The position numbers were made by a program, and so were the translations under genes. A DNA stretch of 64,000 nucleotides, from NCBI GenBank assembly GCA_963811105.1, contig CAWEPZ010000011.1, positions 544,001 through 608,000 of the forward strand, written 5' to 3'. Below are positions 29,898-41,821 of the stretch, one piece after another (within the stretch, counting starts at the first letter, position 1; each line of letters begins with the position of its first letter). The notes beneath the pieces are model-generated. The model made no database searches. It saw nothing but the letters and a program-made list of their open reading frames with translations, and was not told the origin of the DNA. This DNA comes from Candidatus Bathyarchaeota archaeon. Its GTDB lineage: Archaea; Thermoproteota; Bathyarchaeia; Bathyarchaeales; Bathycorpusculaceae.

Positions 29898-30138
29898 TAA
29901 GTTTATGCAAACTCCAGGTGTCTTAACTAAAAAATAACTTTGCGATTACAGCAGAACTTATTCACAAACCCCAAAATAAATAGGACATTTAGATCTGACG
30001 ACTCAGCTGCTCAGCTCTCTCGGTCCGGCTGCAGACTTCTCGAGCGGTTGCTTTTCCGCTGATGAGTCTGTTCCACCTGTTAAGAATCAAGCTTTTTTTC
30101 CCACAAATAGCCCGATAATAATTCCGGTTAAGCCTGTT

Positions 30139-30330
30139 TTGCTGCTTATTTCTATTCCTAGGATTGGTTTTTTGTCTGCTTTGATGTTGTATGCGGAGAT
30201 TTGTGATATTAAGCGGTTTAGTAATCCTTAGAAGTTGGCGCGTTGTGCTGGGTTGGTTCCTAGGTTTAGTCAGTCTGGTGAGCGTTCTTTTGCTGGACGG
30301 GAGGATAGGGGTGATACTTGGCTTGCGTAG
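30139..30330 (+). pseudogene. IS110-family transposase fragment
   Basis: LLLISIPRIGFLSALMLYAEICDIKRFSNP*KLARCAGLVPRFSQSG. Confidence 0.8.
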
Positions 30331-30591
30331 GGAGACCCTTCGAAGGGAACTATAATCGGGCAGGGCAATCCCGCACAAAGATATTCTGTTTTTCTAAGTC
30401 TGATTGAAACTTCTCCATTTGTTTCAATCTCTCTTTGGACACCTTGAATAGTTTCAGCAAATCCATTATGCTGTATTTCAATTAAACATTTCTGGGAATT
30501 AAAATTAGTGGGTTTGCCAATTGCCATGCTTCAGTCAGGAGAAACTTTAGGCTGCAAAAACAAAGGGAAATGCCTAGAGTCATGAAGACAG

Positions 30592-30762
30592 TTAAGAAAT
30601 GATGTGGGGCTCAGGTTCCAAATAGTATATTGAATGATTTATTGTAACTTTGAAATTATGGTGACATTTCTTGCAATCGTAGGCTTGAATAGTAAAACTA
30701 TAGTTTTTCAGTTCTCTTGAAGGTTTGTCAACTTCTCTGCCACAATTAGGACAATGTGTCAT
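30592..30762 (-). CDS. 56-aa zinc-ribbon microprotein, not in the ORF track
   Basis: MTHCPNCGREVDKPSRELKNYSFTIQAYDCKKCHHNFKVT... Confidence 0.7.
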   Translation of the reverse strand: MTHCPNCGREVDKPSRELKNYSFTIQAYDCKKCHHNFKVTINHSIYYLEPEPHIIS

Positions 30763-31139
30763 TTATCTATCAATTTAATTCCTTACCTAAATTGGGAATA
30801 TGAATATTATGAACACAGAATATGTATTAATAATACTATAATCCTCAACGTTATAGCTTAAAGCAGATTCTAAAATAGTTGATAGAACCAATGTTACAAT
30901 GCTAATCCATGACTTATTATTTCTTAAAGGCTTTTTTTCTTATAAGGCAATAATTCCTTCCTAACCAGAGCCTAAAAACCTTCACCCTTACTCATGCCTC
31001 AAGTGGAAAACCCGGCCCCGGTCAATCATTAGTGATTACTAAGAAGTCTATACCTTCTAACCACAACATTTGGGGAAGACGCAACAATCTGAAAGGGAAA
31101 TAGAGAAATATCTCCAATTCCAACACTTATTATAGGTAT

Positions 31140-31589
31140 TTGTTGGGGAAGTCAAAAATGGTTCAGAAGTTATCTAAGTCTGATATTGCGTTTATTCAGC
31201 TGCTACCCGTATGCCGATTAGCAACAGTAACTGAAGAGTGTGAACCAGTGGTGAGGCCTGTTTGGCCCGTATTTGACAAGTTAAACATTTACATTGCAAC
31301 TGATCCTGACACTCCCAAGTTGGAACATATCGAGGCAAATCCGCAGGTTTCTTTAGTTTTTGATGATTACGACCGAGACAATTGGTCAAACATCAAAGGC
31401 GTCCGCATCCAAGGCGAAGCTGAAGTTCTATGGGAGGGCGAAGAATATCGTTATGCACACACGCTTCTGAAAGAAAAATATCCTGAATACGCAAGTCCCG
31501 AGGGCAGTTGGAAGGAAGGAGACGTGCCCATAATCAAAATTACGTTAACCTCTTTCACTAAGTGGTCACAAGGCAAATTACCCAAATAA
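31140..31589 (+). CDS. Pyridoxamine 5'-phosphate oxidase-like (PPOX) protein
   Basis: RLATV..PVVRPVW..KLEHIEANPQVSLVFDDY..KYPEY. Confidence 0.9.
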   Translation: MLGKSKMVQKLSKSDIAFIQLLPVCRLATVTEECEPVVRPVWPVFDKLNIYIATDPDTPKLEHIEANPQVSLVFDDYDRDNWSNIKGVRIQGEAEVLWEGEEYRYAHTLLKEKYPEYASPEGSWKEGDVPIIKITLTSFTKWSQGKLPK

Positions 31590-32071
31590 AGATTTCAAAA
31601 AATTGTCTTTTAGCTAAGAAACGTCTTGTGAATGATACATTAAACCTTAGCCATCTTTGGCTTTTTTCAGAAGCAATTATTAGTCGATGAAAGTATTCAT
31701 AATTTCAGAAGAGTAATGCATTTAGCTCTGAATTTCTTGGCTCATACTTCCGCTCTTAACATAATATCTGTCTAAAAAACATAGACAAACCTTAAAGACA
31801 AAATTGACTTTCGTTAACTTATATTGACTCATTTTAACTTTTTTTGATTTTTTTCGATTCAATCTGGAATAAAACACACCCTACTCTGGAACAGTAAACA
31901 ATATAGACGCTACTTACTGCAAGAACTGCGGCAAGCAACTTCAATAAAGCAAGATGCAATCAGACAAACTATCATTGCACTTTAAGGCCAAAAAAAGCTC
32001 CCTGAATCTGTTTAACATAATAAATTTTATATCTAAGAGATTGCTCCTCAGTGGGTAGAGTTGTGATATTT

Positions 32072-33052
32072 ATGGCAGTTAAAATAACCCCAGATTACGT
32101 GGACTTGCTCAACAAGGCTGTTGAACGGGAAATTGGTGTTTCACTTCAATACATACTTCAACATGCAAAAATGGAAAAACTTGTACGAAGAACCATCCCT
32201 GAAAACATCCTTCTTGACAAAACTGTTTACGATACCGTTGGAAAGTTCCTAAAAGAAATCGCCATCCAAGAAATGAAACATGCCGCCAGCATAATGGAGC
32301 GCATCTACTATCTTGGCGGACAAGCAACAACTAAATCAAGTAAAATTAACGTTGGCGACAACATAAGCGAATTTGCCAAACTTGGCGTAAAAGCTGAGGA
32401 AGAAGCAGTAACACTTTATCGCCAGATTATCGACACCGCTGGAAAAATGGGCGATTGGGAAACGCGAGAACTTTTCGAAAAAATCTATGGCGAAGAAGAA
32501 GGCCATCTCTTCAAATTCCAAGAATACACAATGTTCCTAGATGAAAAGGAAGAGCCAAGCAAAGTGCCCTTACCGGAATGGAGAAAAATCTACACCAACG
32601 ATTATTTTACACTCTTAAACAAGGCAGTCTCAGCAGAAATCACCGGAATCATTCAGTACACAAGTCAACATGAGAAAGCAGCCTTTCTTGACCTCCGAAT
32701 GAAAAACACCCCCTTAGAAGCCATAACCGAAACTAACAAAGCAGGCGTAGTAAGCAAGATACTCAAAGAAGTCTTCATGCAAGAAATGGATCATCTAGAA
32801 AAAATCAGTGAACGCATATATCTACTTGAAGGCGAAGCAACGTACAAGCCAGATCCACTTCCAGTTGTCGGAGAAACGGCCCAAGATTTCCTGTGCTTAG
32901 ACCATGCACTTGAAAGCTCTGCAATATTGCTTTATCGCCAGATTATCGCTGAAGCACTCAAACGCGCTGACACAACAACTAGACGCATGTTCGAAGACAT
33001 CATTGTTCAGGAAGAAAATCATTTCTGGACATTCGACGACTTTGTAAGATAA
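32072..33052 (+). CDS. Tandem two-domain bacterioferritin-like protein
   Basis: Two repeats, each LNKAV..E..QY..H..EM.H...ERI..E..A..LY..EE.H. Confidence 0.88.
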   Translation: MAVKITPDYVDLLNKAVEREIGVSLQYILQHAKMEKLVRRTIPENILLDKTVYDTVGKFLKEIAIQEMKHAASIMERIYYLGGQATTKSSKINVGDNISEFAKLGVKAEEEAVTLYRQIIDTAGKMGDWETRELFEKIYGEEEGHLFKFQEYTMFLDEKEEPSKVPLPEWRKIYTNDYFTLLNKAVSAEITGIIQYTSQHEKAAFLDLRMKNTPLEAITETNKAGVVSKILKEVFMQEMDHLEKISERIYLLEGEATYKPDPLPVVGETAQDFLCLDHALESSAILLYRQIIAEALKRADTTTRRMFEDIIVQEENHFWTFDDFVR

Positions 33053-33167
33053 ACATCCTTTTCTATTTCTTTTTTCGAATTTTTCTTATTAAATTGCACA
33101 GACAATTAACTTCCGAAAACTTAATTCCTAAGAGGATGCAACAATAGTATTGGCAGAGTCGAAGTGA

Positions 33168-33305
33168 GTGAAAGAAGAGAATCTGCCTCGTTGCATAAAC
33201 TGCGGAAATTTTATCAACGATTGTAAATGCGTATGCCCGTACTGCGGAGCAAACGCGAAATGCACTTGCTGAATAGGCATTGAAAAAGCAACAGGCGGCG
33301 GATAA
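33168..33305 (+). CDS. Cys-rich microprotein with in-frame TGA at 33270..33272
   Basis: MKEENLPRCINCGNFINDCKCVCPYCGANAKCTC*IGIEKATGGG*. Confidence 0.65.
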
Positions 33306-33344
33306 GCGCCCTCACCATAAATGAATTATTCAATGTGAAGCAAA

Positions 33345-35260
33345 ATGGTAATTGAAAGCATAAATTGGATGGCAGGCGGACCCCAAGGAAGCGGCGTTGA
33401 CACAGCATCCACCATATTTGGCAGAGCTTGCGGTTACGGCGGCCTATGGGTTTTCGGCAGAAGAGAATACCACTCGAACATTAAGACAATGCATAGCTAT
33501 TTCCTTCAGCGGATTTCGAAACAGCCAACCCTAGCCAATATTAGTGATGTGGATTTGCTTGCAGCTTTTGACGCTGAAACCGTTGTAAGGCATGTCAGCG
33601 AAGTCGTGAGTGAGGGCGGCATAATAGTTGATTCACGCGATTTAAGCGTCAATGTCTTAAATGGAATTCCAACATTTTCTGAGGAATATAAAAAACATAT
33701 CCAAGCTTACATGAAAGAAAACAATATTGGCGAAACTATCACTGATTTCCTCAATTACGCTAAAACAAAAAATATTCAGGTATATCCTGTTCCATATATG
33801 GACTTGCTTACGCAAATTGGCAAAGCAGTCAAAATAGAAAAAGTCAGTATGCTCTCAAAAATGCTAAACGTTCTAACAATAGGAATATCATTTGCTCTTC
33901 TAAAATATGACAAAAAACTTGTTGAAGACGCAATCAAAGCTACCTTCCACGAAAAAATCGCCGCCATGAACGTCACAGCAATAGACTACGCTTACGATTA
34001 CGCAGAAAAAAACCTCAACATAAACAGTTTCAAACACAAACTAGAAAAAGTACCCGTTAATGAGCCGCGAATTTTCCTGACAGGAAACCAAGCAGTCGCT
34101 ATGGGCAAAGTTTTAGGCGGCTGCAGAATACAAACATACTATCCAATCACTCCAGCGGCTGATGAAAGCGAATATATAGAAGCGCACGAACTGCTAAAGA
34201 CAAAAAAAGGTCAAGAAGCAATCGTTGTGCTTCAAACGGAAGACGAAATTGCTGCGGTAAATTCGGCTTCAGGCGCATGCTTGACTGGAGCAAGAGCAGC
34301 GACAAGCACGTCAGGACCAGGTTTTTCATTGATGGCTGAGGGCTTAGGATGGGCAGGAAACAACGAAGTACCTTTAGTAATAACATATTATCAGCGAGGT
34401 GGACCTTCAACCGGCCAGCCTACAAGGCACAGTCAACAAGACTTACGATTCGCCATGCATGCAGCTCACGGAGAATTCGCACGAATAATTCTTGCTTCAG
34501 GAGACATTAAGGAATGCTTCTACGACGCAGCTGAAGTGTTCAATTTAGCTGAAAAATATCAGATGCCAGTTATTCATTTACTTGACAAAGGCATGGCTAA
34601 TTGCTCACAAACATACCCAATCTTCGACTACACAAACGTCAAGATCGACCGAGGACAAATTGTCACAGAAAAAGAGTTGGAAGACAAAGAGTACAAGCGC
34701 TTCCGCTTCACTGAAACCGGAGTTTCTCCAAGGGCTTTTTTGGGCACGAAAAACGCAGTACAATGGTGCACCGGCGATGAGCATAATGAGTCGGGTAACA
34801 TAAACGAAGAGCCATTTACCCGCAGGGCGATGATGGAGAAAAGAATGAAAAAGCTGGACTTGGTGGATAAAGAGGTGCCGTTGGAAATGAAGATTAACTT
34901 TTTTGGCGACAAAGACTCAGAAAACATAGTGGTAAGTTGGGGCTCCCCTAAAGGCGCTATTATTGAATCGCTCAACCAGCTTAAAGATGAAGGCTTTAGT
35001 TTATGCTACATTCAAGTGCGAATGATACATCCGCTTCCCTCTGCCTACCTAAAACAACTACTTCAAAACAAAAAACGCATAATTGACATAGAAGACAACA
35101 TCACTGCTCAATTAGGCGGCATAATCACAGAACACACTTCAACCAAACCCAACTATTACATCCTCAAATATACTGGCAGACCAATGATGACAACTGAAGT
35201 TTATCAAGCCATCAAGAATGTCTTAACAGATAAAGCGCCCGAAAGGCAGGTGCTCATGCT

Positions 35261-35279
<19 letters not shown>
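33345..35279 (+). CDS. korA: 2-oxoacid:ferredoxin oxidoreductase alpha(gamma) subunit, C-terminus altered by an insertion
   Basis: GGPQGSGV, YYPITPA, EDEIAA, TSGPGFSLM, QRGGPSTGQPT, GDEH. Confidence 0.93.
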
Positions 35280-37299
<2,020 letters not shown>

Positions 37300-37410
37300 A
37301 CCGTTTTAAAAGCGGTAAGAAGCTCTCCTTTCTTCTCAATCAGAAAGAGTGTTGTTCAATAGATATGAATCGCTATTTCCAATATTGACATGTTTCAATA
37401 AGAATGGATT

Positions 37411-37794
37411 TCAGAGCGGCTTTATTTCTGCCTCTTCATCGCAATAACAGTTGGCAGTGAATTTGGGAGTGCAGATGCAATAAAACACCAAATCAACATT
37501 TCCTATGTTAGTTATTTTTTGGGAAGCTTCCGGTGGAATAACAACGACATCGCCCTCGGCCACTTCTGTTGGTTCTAATTCTCCAACTTTTACTATCCCT
37601 CTTCCGCTTGTTATTAAGTAAATTTCTTTTACGCCGCTTAGATGATGGGCAACTGTTGTCACTCCAACTTTTACTGTGGCGCGGGCAATTGATATCTCTT
37701 GGGAGCTGTAGTTTTCAGCAACGGAGCATCGCTCATATGTTGCCGTTTCGCTTAAAGTGTTGTTTCTTATAAATTTGGGCTTCATGCTTTGCAC
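37411..37794 (-). CDS. Cupin-domain protein
   Basis: HHL..EIYLITSGRG..GDVVVIPP..ITNIG. Confidence 0.88.
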   Translation of the reverse strand: MQSMKPKFIRNNTLSETATYERCSVAENYSSQEISIARATVKVGVTTVAHHLSGVKEIYLITSGRGIVKVGELEPTEVAEGDVVVIPPEASQKITNIGNVDLVFYCICTPKFTANCYCDEEAEIKPL

Positions 37795-38015
37795 TTTATC
37801 TCTTGTTTATGAATATAACAGGTAACTGTCATTGTATACCTCAATTTGACTATATGCTTTGCGCAAGCCTTAACCAAACGATTATTTACGCGAAAACAGG
37901 TTTTTTTGCGAAACAACGGCTTATTCTAATTTTATTATTTTTTGTTTTATGTTTATTTGTCATGGTCTTTGCTTTTAGGCAATGGCTTGTATTTCGAGAT
38001 TAATGTGAAAAGAAC

Positions 38016-38071
38016 TTATATATGCGCTAAATGTAGTGGTAGAATAAGCTCGCTAACACTATGAATATGAT
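38016..38071 (+). promoter_or_regulatory. TATA box followed by NrdR box(es)
   Basis: ttatatat (38016), then gcgctaaatgtagtgg (38024..38039) resembling acaCwAtATaTwGtgt, and half-site acactat 32 bp later. Confidence 0.6.
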
Positions 38072-38092
38072 GTAGTATGAGTATGTATCTAT

Positions 38093-38539
38093 ATGAGATG
38101 TCCCTACTGCAACTCTGAAAATTCAAAAACTTTGGAAACGCGCGATTCCCCAGAGAACACCACACGCAGACGCAGAGAATGCATAAGCTGCGACAAACGC
38201 TTCACGACTTACGAGTACGTAGAGACTGTAGAGCTAATGGTCCGTAAAAAAGACGGCAAACTTGAACGTTTTGACGTTAACAAGATAATACGGGGTTTGC
38301 AGAAAGCTTGCGAGAAAAGACCTGTAACCATGAACCAAATCAACGAATTAGCAAGCAAAGTAAGGCAAGACTTCATGCTTAAAGGCACCGAAGAAGTCGC
38401 TTCCAGAGAAATCGGCGATCTAATCATTAAATACCTAAAAAATGTCGATCGCATAGCGTACATTCGGTTTGCTTCAGTTTACAAGCAGTTTGAAGAGCCT
38501 GAAGATTTCAGGCGGTTACTCCTTGAGGTGAAAAAATGA
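38093..38539 (+). CDS. nrdR: Transcriptional repressor NrdR
   Basis: MRCPYC..RRRREC..C.KRFTTYE, ATP cone, AYIRFASVY. Confidence 0.95.
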   Translation: MRCPYCNSENSKTLETRDSPENTTRRRRECISCDKRFTTYEYVETVELMVRKKDGKLERFDVNKIIRGLQKACEKRPVTMNQINELASKVRQDFMLKGTEEVASREIGDLIIKYLKNVDRIAYIRFASVYKQFEEPEDFRRLLLEVKK

Positions 38540-40662
38540 GATTCGTATTAAAACGTGATAGTAAATTAGAACCCTTCGATCAAGAACGCATAACTACTGC
38601 AATTTGGAAAGCCGCTAAAGCAGTAGGCGGAACAGACAAAACTCAAGCAAAACGATTAAGCGATGAAGTAGTGGCTGAACTTCAAAAAACTTACGGTGAT
38701 GACGGAGTCCCAACAGTTGAAGAAGTCCAAGATATGGTTGAAAAACGCCTAATCGAAAACGGACACGCTCAGACAGCTAAAGCCTACATATTATACAGAA
38801 AACAACACACTGACATGCGTGAATTAGCCGCACTTTTAAGCTCCTCAGACATGGTAGACCAATACCTTGAAGTGGAAGATTGGCGGGTCAAAGAAAACAG
38901 CAACATGAGCTACTCCCTGCAGGGACTAAATAATTACCTGTCATCAACGGTCATAGCTAAGTACTGGATATCAAGAATTTACCCAGAAAAGATTGCTGAC
39001 GCACACTTTTCAGGCGACATACATATTCACGACTTGGGCGTTTTAGGCGCTTATTGCGTCGGCTGGGACGTAAGCGAATTATTGCTCTCAGGATTCGGTG
39101 GAGTACATGGAAAAATTGAAAGCAAACCCGCAAAACATTTTCGCACTGCGTTAGGTCAAGTTGTAAACTTCTTCTATACATTGCAAGGTGAAGCAGCAGG
39201 CGCACAAGCGTTTAGCAACTTTGACACATATCTTGCACCATTCATACGATATGATAATCTTACTCAAAGAGACGTAGAGCAGGCGCTTCAGGAATTCTTC
39301 TTTAACATGAATGTGCCGACCCGTGTAGGCTTCCAAACACCGTTTACCAATCTAACCTTGGATTTGACTGTGCCAGATTTCATGAAAAACGAGGCAGTCC
39401 TCTTCAACGGAAAGGTTACCCAAGACACTTATGGTGATATGACTAAGGAAATGGAAATGTTCAATTTAGCCTTCGCTGAAGGCATGCGGCAAGGCGACTC
39501 CAAGGGCAGAGTATTCACTTTCCCGATTCCCACCTATAATATAACCAAAGATTTCAATTGGGATTCACCTGTAGCTCAAGCCATCTTTGAAGTAACAGCC
39601 AAGTATGGTGTGCCATACTTCTCCAATTTTGTCAATAGCGACATGAAACCTGAAGATGTGCGCAGTATGTGCTGCCGACTAAGAATAGACAACCGCGAGT
39701 TACGCAAGCGAGGCGGCGGATTCTTTGGCGCTAATCCATTAACAGGCAGCATAGGCGTTGTTACCCTCAACATTCCCAGAATCGGTTACTTATCCAAAGA
39801 TGAGGATGAGTTCTTTGAGCGTTTAGAGACGATGATGGAAACTGCAAAAGCAAGTTTAGAAATTAAACGTAAAGTTCTTGAAGCATTCACAGACAACGGT
39901 CTATACCCATATTCCAGACGTTACCTACGCCACATAAAAGAAGGATATGGCAAGTACTGGAAAAACCACTTCTCAACAATAGGAATAGTAGGCGTAAACG
40001 AAGCAATCATAAACCTGCTGGGACAAAACATTGCATCACGAGATGGACAGGCCTTCGCTGTTAAAATGCTAACTTTCATGCGCAACCGCCTGGCAGATTA
40101 TCAAGAGGAAACAGACAGCATCTACAATCTTGAAGCAACCCCAGCTGAAGGCACATCTTATAGACTTGCCCGCATAGATAAAAAACGCTACAGAGACATA
40201 ATATTCGCTAACCAAAAACAAGTAATCGCTGACCATGCCGAACCCTTCTACACTAACTCTTCACAGTTGCCAGTTGACTTTTCCGGCGACCTCTTCGAAG
40301 CGATGGAACACCAGGAAACTTTGCAGACGCTCTACACTGGAGGCACAGTATTCCACATTTTCCTGGGCGAGCGGCTACATTCATGGAAGTCAGCTGCTGA
40401 ACTAATCAAGAAAGTAGCATGCAACTCACATTTACCCTACTTCACGCTGACGCCGACATTCAGCATTTGCCCAACGCATGGTTACACGAGTGGCGAACAC
40501 AAATTATGCCCTGTCTGCGGAGCAAACTGCGAAATTTACTCACGAGTAGTCGGGTACCTACGACCTGTAGACCAGTGGAACGATGGAAAACAAGCTGAAT
40601 TCAAAATACGCAAAACCTTCGATCGTTCAACGGTTTTGGCTTCAGCACCCCTGACATCTTAA
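38536..40662 (+). CDS. nrdD: Anaerobic (class III) ribonucleoside-triphosphate reductase
   Basis: ATP cone, IHIHDL, YC, SMCCRL, EATPAEG, CPTHG..CPVCG, YSRVVGY glycyl-radical motif. Confidence 0.95.
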   Translation: MRFVLKRDSKLEPFDQERITTAIWKAAKAVGGTDKTQAKRLSDEVVAELQKTYGDDGVPTVEEVQDMVEKRLIENGHAQTAKAYILYRKQHTDMRELAALLSSSDMVDQYLEVEDWRVKENSNMSYSLQGLNNYLSSTVIAKYWISRIYPEKIADAHFSGDIHIHDLGVLGAYCVGWDVSELLLSGFGGVHGKIESKPAKHFRTALGQVVNFFYTLQGEAAGAQAFSNFDTYLAPFIRYDNLTQRDVEQALQEFFFNMNVPTRVGFQTPFTNLTLDLTVPDFMKNEAVLFNGKVTQDTYGDMTKEMEMFNLAFAEGMRQGDSKGRVFTFPIPTYNITKDFNWDSPVAQAIFEVTAKYGVPYFSNFVNSDMKPEDVRSMCCRLRIDNRELRKRGGGFFGANPLTGSIGVVTLNIPRIGYLSKDEDEFFERLETMMETAKASLEIKRKVLEAFTDNGLYPYSRRYLRHIKEGYGKYWKNHFSTIGIVGVNEAIINLLGQNIASRDGQAFAVKMLTFMRNRLADYQEETDSIYNLEATPAEGTSYRLARIDKKRYRDIIFANQKQVIADHAEPFYTNSSQLPVDFSGDLFEAMEHQETLQTLYTGGTVFHIFLGERLHSWKSAAELIKKVACNSHLPYFTLTPTFSICPTHGYTSGEHKLCPVCGANCEIYSRVVGYLRPVDQWNDGKQAEFKIRKTFDRSTVLASAPLTS

Positions 40663-40673
40663 GAGGAACCAAA

Positions 40674-41351
40674 ATGAAGTTTAGTGGAATACAAAAAATA
40701 AGCCTCATTGATTATCCCGATAAGGTAGCCAGCGTACTGTTCACGCCTGGCTGCAACCTACGCTGCCCCTTCTGCCACAATTGGCGCATAGCCGTAAATC
40801 CACAACCCCCGTTTCTGCAGGAAGCCACCGCCTTGGAAATCTTGGAGAGCCGAAAGAAGTATGTTGATGCTGTAGTTGTCACCGGTGGAGAACCGTGCAT
40901 GCATAAAGAACTGCCTAAATTCCTCGCTAAACTAAAGGAACGAGGTTTTTCAGTTAAGTTGGACACGAATGGTTTCTTCCCAGATGTGCTTGAGCAATGC
41001 CTAGGAAGTGTGGATTTTGTTGCTATGGATGTTAAGACTTGCAGAGAAAAATATAAGCTACTTGGCGCTAAGGACACGACTGAGCTTATGCGAACTATGG
41101 AAATCCTGAAAACAGGTAAGGTGCCCTATGAATTTAGGACAACGATTGTTCCAGAACTTGTTACGGCTCAAGATGCAACATATATTGGGGAAATGGTAAA
41201 GGGTTCTAAAACCCATTCACTTCAACAATTCATTCCTGAAGATACCTTGGACAAAAAATGTCAAAGCCTCAAGCCTTATGCACCGGAAACCATCGATGAA
41301 TTCGCAAAAATAATACGTCAGTACACTGAAAACGTTACTTTGCGTATTTAA
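40674..41351 (+). CDS. nrdG: Anaerobic RNR activase (radical SAM)
   Basis: GCNLRCPFCHN, TGGEP, KLDTNG, YEFRTT. Confidence 0.93.
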   Translation: MKFSGIQKISLIDYPDKVASVLFTPGCNLRCPFCHNWRIAVNPQPPFLQEATALEILESRKKYVDAVVVTGGEPCMHKELPKFLAKLKERGFSVKLDTNGFFPDVLEQCLGSVDFVAMDVKTCREKYKLLGAKDTTELMRTMEILKTGKVPYEFRTTIVPELVTAQDATYIGEMVKGSKTHSLQQFIPEDTLDKKCQSLKPYAPETIDEFAKIIRQYTENVTLRI

Positions 41352-41392
41352 CGTTTCTTCCTTTTCTCAATGGCTTATAGCTTTCTCAATTA

Positions 41393-41560
41393 TTAGAGTT
41401 CTTGTTTAAAATAATGTTCTAGCAACCTTCTTGTTCCCCGACGAATACTCTCTGAAAGTGTTGCCGGACTTTGTTCTATGTTTCTATCTATTATTTCAAT
41501 TAGAAATTCAGGTATTTTGACGTTTACAAAGCAAATTGAAATTAGCTCGCCTTGCTTCAT
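41393..41560 (-). CDS. 55-aa ribbon-helix-helix (CopG-like) microprotein, not in the ORF track
   Basis: VNVKIPEFLIEIID..TLSESIRRGTRRLLE. Confidence 0.5.
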   Translation of the reverse strand: MKQGELISICFVNVKIPEFLIEIIDRNIEQSPATLSESIRRGTRRLLEHYFKQEL

Positions 41561-41821
41561 GTTAGTTAATTGTTTCGGATAGTTTGTTAATTCTTTGGAA
41601 ATCGATTCTTCTCACTAACTTGAGCAATTAGCCGTTTCACGCGTTATTAACGCAAAAAAATATCCATAGACATCTCTCACAAATGGTTCAGTAGCGCTTA
41701 ACAAAAAAACGTTAGCAAAGTCTTATAAAAAAATCAATATTAAAGGATGTGGTTGGGCAAGCGGTGTACATATTATTTACTCTTCTTGTCCAATAAAAAT
41801 ATAGGAAAAGGAAAAGAAAAT

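Noticed and set aside
30362-30375. 14-nt identity (agggcaatcccgca) to the tRNA-Ser(GCT) 5' end at 15514..15527
   Set aside because: A single short match with no extension or arm motifs; plausibly chance.
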